Part shown: piece by piece, positions 37,417-50,547 of the stretch
Position numbering within the stretch: position 1 is the first letter of the stretch
Layout: each line of letters begins with the position of its first letter
Source of the DNA: Trichosphaerium sp. ATCC 40318
Taxonomy: Eukaryota > Protista > Tubulinea
Reading direction: 5' to 3'
NCBI GenBank assembly: GCA_038496445.1
Contig: JALMLS010000343.1
Location: forward strand, 124,001-188,000
DNA length: 64,000 nucleotides
Made by a program: the position numbers and the translations under genes
The notes under the pieces: generated by a model
The model's database searches: none
Seen by the model: the letters and a program-made list of their open reading frames with translations, nothing else
Told to the model about the DNA's origin: nothing

Positions 37417-40202
37417 TCAATTGATAGAATTGATTGAAGCACCTTCGCTATTCAAGGAGCGCCCTCTTAAGCGCTTACGACCACCCACTGGTACTATATC
37501 AGGTTGTGTTTTTCTGCTTATGCTTTCAGCTTCTCTAGTAGACATACGTGATGCTGAGAAGTCAATAACTAAGCCTTTCATAGATAAAGGAGCAGAATTG
37601 ATCTAGATACAAAATGTCAATGATTTGAAAAATAAACATCATAACTTCGAGTAAAATGGCTAAAAACGTACAGAAAGTGATGATCTACTCTGCATTGACG
37701 TGTTTTCTCTTGCAACAGCACATAAATTTGCTGAAGCGCCATACTCGGACGATAAAGAGCCATTGAGACCCATTACTTGTGAATACAACTTTGTTGCAGG
37801 ATTCTTTCCGTTGTCTCCTCTAGAAGAACAAAGTAAGTAACAAGATACGAAAAGGTTTTGAAAAAACCACTTACAGTGCTGACACATTGGAGCAACTATA
37901 ACTACGACTGTTTGTGATAACATTCTCTCTACCAGCGGATGATCTTCTAACTTTTTTGTAGAACAAAGTACGCCTTGATATCTTATCGTAAACTGTCTTT
38001 TTATCTACCAGAAAACATTAGACATTGAGGTCCGAGGCGAAGAAGGGCTTGTGACAAAAATAAAAAGAAAATCCCAAATGGTTTTGGTCTTGTTTTTACG
38101 TACTGTGACGATCTCTCTTTAATTTCTTATCTGATGGCTTCCAAATAGAAAATAATTCATCTATACATGTGGTGTCAGAAGATATTTTTCGAGAAAATTC
38201 AAAAAAGGACAGTAGGCCAAAAATTATACGAAAAAAGAAAAATAAAGTCGATAGAAAATACGAAAGGGTTTTTCCTTACCTTCTCCAGAAATAACGAAAA
38301 TACCGCTATCAGGTTCGGGAACACTGACACTACGTATACGACCACCAGCGGACTGAAATGCGCAAATAAACGTTTTTTGATCTAAATGCAGACGATGAGC
38401 TAAAACTCAAACAACAGCTTTTAAAACACATTAAACGTGTTACGTACGTGCTGTATGAGCATGCCATATACTTACAGCTCCGTTTTGACTTCCAGTAACC
38501 AAATATCTGTTGTACAACAAACAAGTAGAAGTGATGCGATAACGTCTGAGGAACACCATTAGCATGATAAGAAAGTGAAGGGAATTAAATTCACTACTTC
38601 AGAAAAAAAATTGTGAACAGTTTTTCCGTTCAATAAGACATTAGTCCAAAAAAAAGTAAATGCACATAGTGTTAGTCTACGTACGTGTCTCCAAACTTGT
38701 ATGGACGTGAGCGTGATACTTCGTATATTGGGCAAATCTCTTTAGAAGCTACACTCAATACAGATACACCACCATCAGCGTAACCAATAACGAACGAATG
38801 AATGCCATATTCGTATGTTAAACATGAAATTGGCACTTTTCCTTCAATAGCCTTTGTCTTTGACACTCCTTTATCATCCTAAATGGTTCACAATAAGTAT
38901 TAAACTACGTATTATATAGTTACTGGATCTTTTTTATGAACGTAATAATAACATACCCTGTAGAACAAGTATAATGTATCAGTCGTACAACAAGCTATAG
39001 TATTACCTCCATAGGCTACTGCCATGATAGGAAGAGTTAACTCAAACGAATCTTGTTGGTTAGGTGTCACCTGACCCTAAAACCGGAGTGTGAGTAGATT
39101 AGGAAGGTACAGAAGGTTTGAATTTAGAAGGCGGAAAATAATGTACTTACCGATAATAGGGCTACACCAGTATCAAGATCCCATAGTTCTACTTCATATA
39201 TAGAAGCTAGAAGTAATGTATTTCCCTAAAAAAGGATCTCAGTATACTTGTTTTGCATAAAAAACTACACAAAGTAGTGCGTACCTTAACACTGCTTAAC
39301 TTAGTGAATTTCAAGCTTTTTGGCACTTTTCGCTTGAAAGTTTTCTTAAAGACTGTGAGTTCTTTTACCTTGAGACGTGGGTATGTCTCGAATGGCACTT
39401 TTAATACCGCTTTATCCATTACGATAATAATGTGTTGAGAGTTGCTCACTACGAGCTTTATACCTCCTTTACGGAATAACATAACAGAAGCCTGTGACTG
39501 TTGTTCTAGCAATGATGTTACTCATGAAACATTTCAAAAAAAAAAAGGTTTTGCTTTACGCACCAACGTTAAATATATGTAAACGAGGGCAGTTATCCTT
39601 CCAGTATACAGAGCAAACCCACGGATACGCGCAGTTTACAAAATGCGGTTGAGATAAATCTAAAACGAAATAAGGTCAGGCTACTTTAGAATCGGTTTCG
39701 GTTGTGTTCCTCACAAGTATTGAAAGCGTTTACGGCATAAAAAAAAATAAAGTCGCCAAACTACAACCCGAAAAAGAATATTGGCTATAAACCAAGCTCA
39801 AACCCCGCCACATACCTGCGTTAAGTTCTATATCGTGCTTTTTCTTTCCAACTGAATCCCACACCAAGTATCTACCAGTGTTTTTGTATAGAGCCACAAG
39901 GTGCTTGGCGCCAAGTACTTTCACCCTTTCCAAACTCATAGAGCGAGAATTTAAAGAAGGGACAAAAGCTTGATCAAGATCTAGTGTTTTAAGCTCTTTG
40001 GATGACTATAGTGTATTAGTGGTTGTTTTAGTTCTTTAAACATTGGTGGCGGGCAATTAGCTGGAACTCCTCGTTTTTGTTTTCAGTATTTGCGTACGAG
40101 CTTCTTAGGCATTGTGTCTTTGCGAATAGCCATCTTATCAGAATTTGACCACGAGGAACGTCTAATTGAGTTATCTTGCTTGAATTCTTTCTTAGACTTC
40201 AT
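37417..40202 (-). CDS. Hypothetical multi-exon protein, probably beta-propeller (WD40-like)
   Basis: Consistent splice sites and beta-strand motifs YLVWDS, ELWDLDTG, ISCLTY..FVIGYADGGVSV. No firm family call. Confidence 0.55.
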
Positions 40203-42220
40203 GTAGTGTAGTGGGTAGTGGTGTTGGTGCGCGTGTGTTCGATTTTGTGATCACTGGGAGCAGTGTTTCTATGCTTTGTGTAAATTTTACGAATAATAAA
40301 AAATAAATCTAGCTTAATAAAATTGTGTTCAGTTCTTCTGCTTGTATCAACGAGTGTAAAAACGTTGTTTGGAAACTATATAACCCAAACGGTAGTTGAT
40401 CAAAACTACACAGTCCCTGACGCTCTCTAATACGCTAAACCATCGTACCTTCGGTAAGGCGTCTAATACGCAAAAGAGGAATGTGGTCTCCAACAAAACT
40501 CCATACAACCGAAAAGCAATCTCTTGCGCTCTTTCATGACGCTTAAAGTTAGAAAATCGTAAAAGAAAGCCACGCCAATCATTTTCAATCATTTTAAAAA
40601 GCGCATTCACAGTTTGCAATTAAAACAACTATTACCATATCGTAGATATTGCATACGGCCAGCATACTATGTAGTTCAAGAACATTCACCAGTTTATCGG
40701 CGTAGAAATAAGCTTTTATCCTTTTTTGCTTTTGTTATTCTGTAAAGTGTACTTGAGCTTTAAAAGCACCCCTATCGATAATTCATAGTACTTTAGGTCT
40801 TACTCAGAGCGTTTTAATGTTACAGAATACCCAATAATACGAAACGATTTTCTTGTACTCACACAACATAAAGTAGAATTCAGCACTTACGAAAACCTCG
40901 CCCTGTTCACCTGATTTAACACCACGTTACTTTGTAAGGAAATACATAGGTTTAATTACGTTGTAAGCTCGTACCTGTAAGGAGTAGCGATATAGCTCAA
41001 GCCCATAACAAGTAGGTACAATCCGAAAAATGGTCAAATGTCGGGTTTAAGATTTGAGAAAGTGAGAGAAACAAGCGAATGGTTACAAATGGTTATTTAT
41101 TTTAATAAGAGTATCGTCCTAAGCGTAGGACTAAAGTTGCGTCTGCACAAGGTACAAGAGACGCGTTTGCTACTTCTTGCAATTTGAAAGCATACTCAGG
41201 TTTTTGAGCGTCATACGCAATCCTGAGTGGTAGTTTATAATCATGAGACTTCTGCCAGTGGTGTAGCACTACGTTTGTCAGCGTTTGTCACGTGAAGAGA
41301 AAGGAAAGAATAGGGGTAAAAAAAAGTTGTTTCATAAGTAATAGTTAGTGCTTCATTTATCCTCAGAAGTCGTCATCTGTAATCATAGATGTTTTGGAAG
41401 GAAAAAAAAATGTTCACCAAAGAAAACGTACCAAAAAAAGTCTCATAGTGTCACCGTGACAAAGCTGCTTGTCATTGCGTCTTCTGGCGAAATTTTGGAG
41501 ATTGGAGCATCAAGGCGTTACACCCTGTGACGTCCATGTACTGCTCACGTGTGTGCAATCAATGTTAGATAGCTGTTATAAGCTATACGCATGTTGGTTT
41601 TTTTGATGCGTTGCGATAGCATTTAGAGATTTACTGTTGTAATCTCAGAAATGACACGACCTGACTTGGTCAACTATGCATAATTGTCTCACACAAGAAA
41701 ATCTGGTGGTGTACTGCGTGTCATTGGGTTTGTGCTGCGTTCCCAAAGTTATAACCGTAAATTAGATACTTTCTTGATTGTTACCAAACAATTGACTGTT
41801 ACTCCTCATCTCGTAATCGGAGTACTAAACAAGCCTGTCACCTCGAACTACAAAATACGTTATCGAGAGTGGTCACAACCTCATTCGCAGGCTGCGCGCA
41901 TATAACGCTTTTTTAGGAATACACTCAAGTGTGTTACCAAACTAGGTGCAACAGCTCTTTCACCTCTCGATTTCGAACAATCTCGGACTTCGCTCAAATT
42001 TTGTTTGTTGAGCTTGCTTTTACTCCAATACCACATACTAGATAAAGGTTGTTTTACTATTTTCTCGTATTTACAAGCTTTGCTTTGCGCTCCTAGCGGT
42101 CATGCACGATGATTACGTTGTACAAGTCCAAATATATACTTTTTTTGAGAGTGCAATGTGAGAATATTTTTTGCTTTCGGAGCAATCTGTCAATCCCTTT
42201 GGTTATCACATAATACCACG

Positions 42221-43372
42221 TTACAAGATTATGCAGCGCTTATCGGGGTCATTGGTATTACCGCTTTGATGGCGTTTTATTTCATTTATGAGGAGTAAAA
42301 ATGCTTGCTCTACAAAAAAAAATTAGAACAAGTAAACACAAGTGAACAACTACGCGCGAGAAAAAACGAAACCCAAGAAAAAACACAAGAATGTCGTGCG
42401 TGCAATAATTTATACGCCTTTGCCAGTACGCCACAAAAAGGTAGTGATTATCACTACGAATTAGCGGCATTGCGTCATGCATTCACAAAAAAAAAAAGCA
42501 GAAAAAAAAAATCTCAAAAGTGTCTACACACTTTCAGAAAACTTTTTTTCTTGCGTACCAACATTAACGTTCTCTTTAGCACTAGTTTCTACAAAAGCAC
42601 ATCCCCATTCTTCCGCCTTTGCTTTTCCTTCTGCAGTAGTTACTTTCCTAAAGGCGCCAGGCTCGTAAGAATTGAAATCTGTGTAAAGAATAGTACTTCG
42701 TCACCAACATACCTTTGCCCTTCTAAATCAATTTTATTGCCCACTAATATTCTTGGCACTGAATTGCATCCAGATTCGTTTAGAATCTTCTCATTGATTA
42801 TCTCAAGCATTTCAAATGAATCACGAGAGTTTACTAATGGTTTAGCGTAAGTTAACGCAAATTGAAGATAAAAATACAAAAAAAAAAGCAAAAAAAAAAA
42901 AAGGTTTTTGCTTTGATTCGAGTTTTACCTGCGTATATAAGGATATAACCATGCACACCAACTACGTAGCGGTTTGTAAAGGGCGAATATTCATCCTACG
43001 TCAGATGAGCGTAAAATCAGGTGCGTGTGCTTACTTGACCGGCTGTATCGAGTATTGCGGTATCATAACTAACGCCATTCTCCTCTATGACTTTGCGGAA
43101 CGTGTCTTCAATTGTCTACGAGAAGGTTTTAGTGATCTGTTTTTACTTGCTTTTTTCGACTCAAGGCGAACAGGGAGATGTAGGAGTTACGTATATGCCT
43201 GTCACAATGGTTTTAAAAGACGTACTGGATGGTAATTCTCGCTGCAGCTGCCTTGTGTAAATTGCTGTGTTACGCTTGATTTGCCTTATTACGTGTTAAT
43301 AGGCAATTGGAATTCTATCACGTATTTACCTACGGCTCTGAAGCCCATGACGACTACCTTTCTTGTCTTCAT
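42221..43372 (-). CDS. RHEB: Rheb-family small GTPase
   Basis: G1 GFRAVGKS with the Rheb-diagnostic Arg, YHP|TIE, DTAG|QDEYS, VGVHGY, LVGNKID, ETSAK, ends CIIL*. Confidence 0.9.
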
Positions 43373-44153
43373 TGTTACAATATGTTTTGTAATTCTCCAG
43401 GAGGAGGAATTACATCTTATGGCTCCTTTACAGGGCGTCAATTGTTTTTTTACTCAGGTTGAAAAATTAATTGCGTAGATTTTTTGCAGCATTCGAATAA
43501 AATTGGTATCAGCGATGTATTCGCTGTAATCAATAGATCTTCAGGAACTATGCTATGCGCGACTTGACGTCGGGTCTTCCTCAGGCTTAACAGCTACAGT
43601 ACCGGTTTTGTTGCAAAAAACAAGCTTTTTGTTGCACTTATTCTTAGGCTATTCACTCGGAGCACTATGGAATGTAGTGCGCCTAACGCAATTGCTATCT
43701 AAATATTAACTACGCCATCACGTGTGGCTACCACAATCTGACCCGCTCGCACTGTAATGTTATCTATTGTAACTAGTAACAACGAAGCGTCAAAATTGAG
43801 TGACGTAATGTCACGTGTTGTTTCTGTAACAGCATCGTAAATGTTGCGCTCGGGAGTTGTTTGTGTTTCCAAAACTAATCGAGTCTCTGGAACAAATGAG
43901 AGCGAGCGTTTTTAGACGTCACGCAACCTCTAAAAGGCGTCATTCAAGCTACAAGGAGCCCGACGCCAGTACGACCTTACACGCCAAATAAGGGTAAAAA
44001 GATTGCTCACGTGAGGTAAGGTGCCTGTGGGAGCGGTAGCAAACAAAAACCAGCTCCAGCTGAAAGATTTCAGGTGCGCTGAGTGAAGTGTGAACTACGA
44101 AAACTCATAAAAAATCAATCGATTCAAATCAATTTGGCGACTAGAGATAAACA

Positions 44154-46050
44154 ATGCCTAGAAAGGTACGTACTTGATTTTAGTCGTGTTGCGCCAAAAT
44201 ATCAACCTCAACCAGTTACTACAAGTGCTAAACGATACGTCCTACCACTGTAGTACCTGGTGTTGGTGCCGTGTGTGCCGTTGCGGCTTCCAAATGCGTT
44301 CTTTTTTGTATTTATGCGAAACACAGTAATGTTGCAAATTCTATCAGAATAAGCTATTTTGATGCTTTTGTTTGTGTTTTCGTGCCGTTGAGTCTTTCAA
44401 CGGTTAGTTTTTTTTCATCGCCAAATTTTTTTACCGTTACATGTGTTTTGGTACGTACTAGTACCCATTCCCTTTAAAACCTAATTTTAACTCGAAACGC
44501 GAATTATGGGTTTCCAGCTCTACAAAAAGTGCAGTACTCCTTTTTAAAAGCTCGCCACAGGCCTTTTTTCTCTAATTACCATAACTGCAGCTCTGTTGAG
44601 TATTTTATAACGCAGGACGATGTGTTTAACACAAACGTCGTTGTAGACCAGCCAATCACATTAATTTTTTTACAAAACGAGCACCAAAGCGCAACAGCCC
44701 CTAGTTTTATACTTCGAAAACAAAAGTTCAACTTTGCTTTTTAATCTCACTGCTACTTATAGAACGCTTCAGACCCTCAGAACCTCGTTGGTAAACGTGT
44801 AGAAATTTTCTGGGAGGATGAAGACGAGTGGTTAGCTGGTACCGTGACTAAATACAACAAGGTGCGATAAATAACTCTATCTACGCCATTGGTTAACGTT
44901 TCGACACGACGCAAACTTTTTTTTTCGACTTTCTTTTCTTCCTTTCGCTTTTTTCTCTTCGTTTACTAACGCTTTGTTAGAGGAAAAAGCAATACGAGGT
45001 GAACTATGATGATGAACCTAGCGATGAGGAGGATGTTTTGGAAGAGTACGATGAGGAGATTTGGAGAGTTATCGACGATGAAGATGAATCCGAAGACGAA
45101 GGTGAAGAGGACGTAGGAGAGGAATACCAAGGTGATGAGTATGAAGAAGATTCAGTCTCTGACACGAGAAAACGCAAAAGAAGCTCTAGAAGTACTATTT
45201 TACCGTAAAATTTGTTTTCTGACCTGTTACAACTTAGGTTCTACTGGACCAAGTTCTAAGAAGCTAAGAAGAAGCCCAAGAGCACGTAAGCCAAGACGAT
45301 CACGCGATCTTGACGATGAAGCGCCTGTTACTCGCAGACGCAGCTCGCGCACAGTACGCCTATCTTGCTTAGAGATGCTGTATTCACCAATTTTTAGTCT
45401 CCTGCCAAGAAAAAGCCAAAACCAAAGCCAAAAGCAAAGCCAAAGGCTAAGCCAGCAACTAGAGGCCGTAAAAAGGCACCACCTACAAGACGCAGGAGTG
45501 GTAGAAAAGCAGCTAAGAAAGAGGAATCTGTTGAAGAGTCTTCTGTACGTGGTAGCACTCATGCACGTCATGTTTGTTTTATTAACGCTTTGTACTTAGT
45601 CTGAAGATGAAGCACCTCCAACACCACGACGAAGCCCAAGAAAGAGCAGAGCTTCAAAGAAAAAAGAGCCTGAATCTGAATCTGAATCTGAATCTGAATC
45701 GCATGAAGACAACGTAAGGGCTGCTGAAAGAAAACAAAAAAAAATATCGAACATTTTTTGAAGAGTTCAAAACCTTTCACCTTTTTGTTTATTTTGTGCT
45801 TATATTATATATTTAGCCTGGTGAAGTAGTTGTCTATGACTTTTCTGCAAAGATACCTTCATGTAAATACGTCAAATCTGGATCAAAAGGGGATTTCAGC
45901 CTTGAGGCTGATGAAGAAGGTTATCAATTCAGTTTGAAGATTCCTATCAAGGGCAATGAAAAAACTAAATGGATGCAGAATCTATTAAATGAATGCTTCA
46001 AGGAGACTGGATTATCGGCGCTTCCTAAATTTAAAGGATTGGCAAAGTGA
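44154..46050 (+). CDS. Tudor-like domain protein with acidic and Lys/Arg-rich tracts (probable chromatin protein)
   Basis: LVGKRVEIFWEDEDEWLAGTVTKYNK|RKKQYEVNYDD, D/E tract, SPAKKKPKPKPKAKPKAKPATRGRKK, (SE)n repeat. Confidence 0.75.
45671..45700 (+). repeat. (TGAATC)5 coding microsatellite encoding Glu-Ser repeats
   Basis: Directly visible in the sequence. Confidence 0.9.
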
Positions 46051-46662
46051 AAGTCTTTCTAATAGAAGAAAAACATGAATTGCTCAATGAGCGCCCAGGG
46101 TTTTTGTTTTGTTTGTAATACTTTTTTTGTTTTTTCAGTTAAAATAAAAAAGGCTGTTGTTTATGAATCACGTGTTGTTTGTATGAAATGGTGATTGGTA
46201 GTGAAGCAGTATTTACAAGCCTTGAAGATTATATTCTGATAAAAAAAGAGTACTTTTGTAGTTTGTTTTTGTTCAAACACCAAATCTTGTCCTAAATCGA
46301 CTTGGTTTTTGTTGCACTGAGTTTCGTTTGATGTACTACTCAAATCTGTGGACGGCCTATTTATTTAGCGCCTAGTATGGTAGATTATGATCAATATTTA
46401 TTAGTCAAGCACTCAACATTAACTCAATAGTTGTTTTTTGTCATCTGCAATCACAGATTTCCAATTGATCGCTACCCAACTCTATAAAGCGTAAACAATA
46501 GTCTTATATGATGTAGTTAGGATGTCACATCCCTAAACAAGATTAGCGTTGCAACGTCTTATTCTTTGCTTGTTGTCTTTTGTAGGAACAAGCGCTCAAA
46601 TTTGCTGGTTGCAAGCGAACTTAATTGTACCTTAAGTATCTAAACGCTTATTCTTGAGAACT

Positions 46663-47446
46663 ATGATGCAGCTATTAACTCTATTCGTTTTGTGCTTTGC
46701 TGTATTAATATCAGCGCAAACGAGACCACAACCTTCCGAAACATTCTCAGGTACGTCAAGCCAAAAATTACAAAAAAACTTTTCGCAACACGTGTTAACT
46801 AATACAAAACGGTAGCCGTTACTGTTGTTGAGATTCAGGTCGCCGGAAAAAAGGTTCTAGGTAAAGGCTCAATAGCAAAAGATTATAAAAAAGGCATGTA
46901 CGTTGCCAAAGAGACGTTTGAAGACGACCACGACTATGATTTCTACAAGTTGGAGCGCTTTGACCTGGTAAACAAACTTTTTTTTTTGTGAACGAACTTG
47001 GCCTTGTTTCTAGCTTCTCACGTTTGTTAAAGGGAAAATCTTACGATATCTCTGCAAATGGTACAAAGTGTAAGCAATCATCTTTGAGTGGTAAGATACC
47101 TTCTTCTTGGAGTTGGATAGCAGACGCTAAAAAGCTTGGTAAAAGACACTATCAAGGTTTAACAGTTGATTTATGGACATTAACTGTGCGTCATTTGTAA
47201 ACAGCTTGTTTCTTTTTTTCTGACAGTTATCAGGTCGGAAAAACAACACATGGTATTGGAGTGGACGAGGGTTATCCCAATGCACCTGTTGTCATCATAG
47301 AGGAAAGTGCATTCGTCAACTATACAACACTGGTGAGTTTTTTTGTTTTGTTTGAGTACTAAATGACTCGGTTATAGATTATTGATTGGCAAGTTAGTGA
47401 CCCTCCAATGGCAAATTTTCAAGTACCAACAGAATGTAATAACTAA
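46663..47446 (+). CDS. Secreted ependymin-related (EPDR/LolA-fold-like) protein, copy 1
   Basis: Signal peptide, RPQPSETF, LERFDL|GKSY, central Cys, VDLW, C-terminal FQVPTEC. Five exons. Confidence 0.65.
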
Positions 47447-49283
47447 ATTATTGCCCTCATGGCCATTGGTTACTAAAACAAACGCTTTCTTAGATATGTT
47501 TTTTCATGTTTTTTTATTTCTCAAGTTGCTTTTGGGAAATGACCGTGTACTTCATTATTGGGTGTAATTGGCTGCTTCCCAAACTATTTATGCTAGTACA
47601 CTAAATGGGGCGAACCAAAGATCGAGATGAATCACATTCCATGCAGACACAGCAAAGGTTGGTTTTTTTTTGATAAGCGTGCGTTAATTTGAGGGATTGG
47701 TTGACAGTTGAAACAATTTGTTGTGATGAACAATTTATTCAATAGCTAAGTGCTTGGTTATTACAAATGGCTTGTAAGCGTTTCAAGCACGGAACTATTA
47801 GTGATAGAGCGTCAGCGCGTGTAGTTTACTTCTTATAACAAAAGACTGGCTCTTTTGAAATTTGCCTGGCATTTTGTGGCTCAAAGGTTCAAAAAAACGT
47901 GATTTGCTCCTTTGAACCTATGTACTTTCCTTTTAGCTGGAAAAGGTTGTTTTATTGTTTAAAACCATGGAAGAATACGTGCCATAGCGTCAGAACCCCG
48001 CTTGAATCTTTTCGGTTGTTTTCTGTTCATGATTCCAAACGTGATAGCGTCTTTTGGTTTGTTGTGTTCAGTGTGACATTCTTTGTATAACGTCGTGGCC
48101 ATCACTTGTGCTGTTAGTGAATTGATGTCAAAGTATAGTCATAGCTACGCCAGACGCGCAGCATGCTTTGTGAGATGGTTTTGCAGAGCCACGAGCGAAA
48201 TCACGCAATTTGTGACGAATAATCTGCAATGGTTATGGAACGTACAACCAGCTTTGTTGCTTGTGGTTGAAGAGGTTTTTAAGCATGTACAACTTAACGT
48301 TGACTGCTAAAAAGTTGTAGATACATTCGTACCTCATCGTATGGCCGTACATGTGTAGCATAAACAGGTTGAGCATTTGCTGACAAATAAATTGAGACGG
48401 ATGATTTTTTACTTACGTCCTGTGACCTTATGTGTAGCCTTCGTGCGTTGGTAGCGTATGAGACTATGAGCGAAGCTTAAATTAACTTTGTATCATTGGA
48501 AGAATCCCAAGCCATTGAGGTACGCCCTTGCTAGTACGGTGTGAGTGATATCAAGCTACTTGAAAAAGTAGTTAAATATAAACGGGTTTTAATGCTTCTC
48601 ACCTCACGCAGTAGTCTTTAGATTAGGCGCAAACATATAGTCACTCATAGAGATTCAAAGCTCTGTAAAACACTGGCTACTTGCATCAACGAAATACGTT
48701 TCCAGTAGAATAAAAAACTTTAAGGAGCATAAGGTTTTGTTTAAAAGCAATGCTAGGAGTCAACAGCATCAAAAGCCAGTTCATACCGGATTTAGTCCGC
48801 AATTCTACTTTGTACTTTTACGGTATTACTGTACAGAAAAAACCCCCGTTATGCGTAGGTGTGTCTGTGTTCCATACCGCACCAATTTGCGTCGTTTGTC
48901 AATAAATTTGTAAGCGGAAAAAAGGAATAATCGTTTAGTTGCACGTTTGTTGCAAAACATCGCCGAAATGGTTCTCACGCGCGTAAATAGGCTTAAGAAG
49001 GCTTTAAGAGTGTTTTGAAATGTGCATTATCCATATTTGAGTATTTTAAAAGGATATTTCTGTGAAGTGTATCCCACTATTTATTTTTTGGATAGTTCAT
49101 CATGTATAAAAGTCAGGCAGTTTTTATTTCTAATGGATCGGCATCCTAGCGGTGCTGATCTGTCCTTCAATGGGCGCCGTCCACTGACTTATAGTTGCAC
49201 GTTATTCTAGAACCTGATGTGCAATAGTCGTCGTAGGTCTTAAAGTGGCATAGGCGTCTAGTAAGGGCGATGTCTGGGATCCT

Positions 49284-49397
49284 TAAAGGTACGTTTCTAA
49301 TCTCCCTAGAGGCACGACGGATGGATGACATGATAAAGGTACGTTGTTAATCTCCGTAGGTACAAGATGGATGGATGTCACAATAAAGATACGTTGT
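49284..49397 (+). repeat. 50-bp tandem repeat, about 2.3 diverged copies
   Basis: TAAAG(G/A)TACGTT recurs at 49284, 49334 and 49384, with shared TAATCTCC and GATGGATG. Confidence 0.85.
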
Positions 49398-49622
49398 ATA
49401 AAATATCAAAGTCCTGCAGGACTAAAGGCCAATGAGTGGCCGTGACTTTTTTATATTTTACATTCAAAAAAAAAATACCACAGCTTAGATCTGCCTCATA
49501 TTAATTCGAGTATTTCGCGCTTATCTATAGTGTCTGTGGAAAGAGCAACATGGAAAAATCTTGCTGGCTCGTTAAGTTACCGCACCTTAAAATAAGTTTC
49601 AAAACGCATATTCTTGATAACT

Positions 49623-50403
49623 ATGATGCAGCTATTAACTCTATTCGTTTTATGTTTTGCTGTGTTAATATCAGCGCAAACAAGACCACAACCTTCTGAA
49701 ACATTTTCAGGTACATTAAAGCCAAAAAATTACAAAAACTTTTCGTACCACGTGCTTACTACAACACTGTAGGTATCACTGTTGTTGAGGTTCATATCGC
49801 GGGGAAGAAGGTTCTAGGAGGTGGTACATTCGCAAAAGATTATAAAAGAGGCATGGAGGTTGCTAGAGAAACGTTTGAAAACCATGACTATGATTTCTAC
49901 AACTTGGAGCGCTTTGACCTGGTAAACAAACTTTTTTTTTATGTCACGAAGTTGGCCTTGTTGACCACGTTTCTTAAAGGGAAAATCTTACGATATCTCT
50001 GTAAATAGTACAAGGAGTTGTAAATCGTCGGATTTGCATGGTGAGATACCTTCCTCTTGGAGTTGGATAGCAGACGCCAAAATGGTTGGCAAAAGACACT
50101 TTCGTGGAGCAACGGTTGATTTGTGGACCTCAACTGTACGGCATTTGTCAGTTTGTTGTTTCTCACGTTTCTCAGGTTGGTAAAACAACACATGGTATCG
50201 GTGTGAACGAGGATAATCCTAATAGGCCTGTTATCATTGTGGAGGAGAGCGCAATCGTCAACTATACTGCATTGGTCAGTTTTTTTTTCTCAAATCTTTT
50301 TGATTTTGTATATTACCATCTGACTTGGTTATAGATTATTGATTGGGAAGTTCACGAGCCTCCATTAGAGTATTTTCAAGTGCCAAAAGAATGTAATAAC
50401 TAA
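49623..50403 (+). CDS. Secreted ependymin-related protein, copy 2 (tandem paralogue)
   Basis: Near-identical exon 1, the same intron positions as 46663-47446, ends FQVPKECNN*. Confidence 0.65.
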
Positions 50404-50547
50404 ACTTGTTACTCCCATTGCCATTCACTGTTTTCTTAATTTTTCTCAATAGTTCTTGTTTTTCGTTTTTTTTAAGGGCAGGAAGGAGTCACGTGAAAAA
50501 ACCGCAACGACAATAAGTAGCTTGAGTCTTTTATTGGATTCTTTAAG

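Noticed and set aside
40347-41040. Possible minus-strand gene (ORF 40347-40619 plus splice-like sites)
   Set aside because: I could not assemble a stop-free multi-exon model or recognise a domain.
41432-41525. Two in-frame TGA codons on the minus strand suggesting a selenoprotein
   Set aside because: No recognisable selenoprotein motif or convincing SECIS, and the other frames are also closed.
42305-42850. 181-aa plus-strand ORF and many similar ORF-track entries
   Set aside because: They are antisense or intron-spanning shadows of real genes, with low-complexity translations.
42940-42947. ATATCCTT (AT-AC donor-like) in Rheb
   Set aside because: It is coding sequence (GYILIY) in a conserved Rheb strand.
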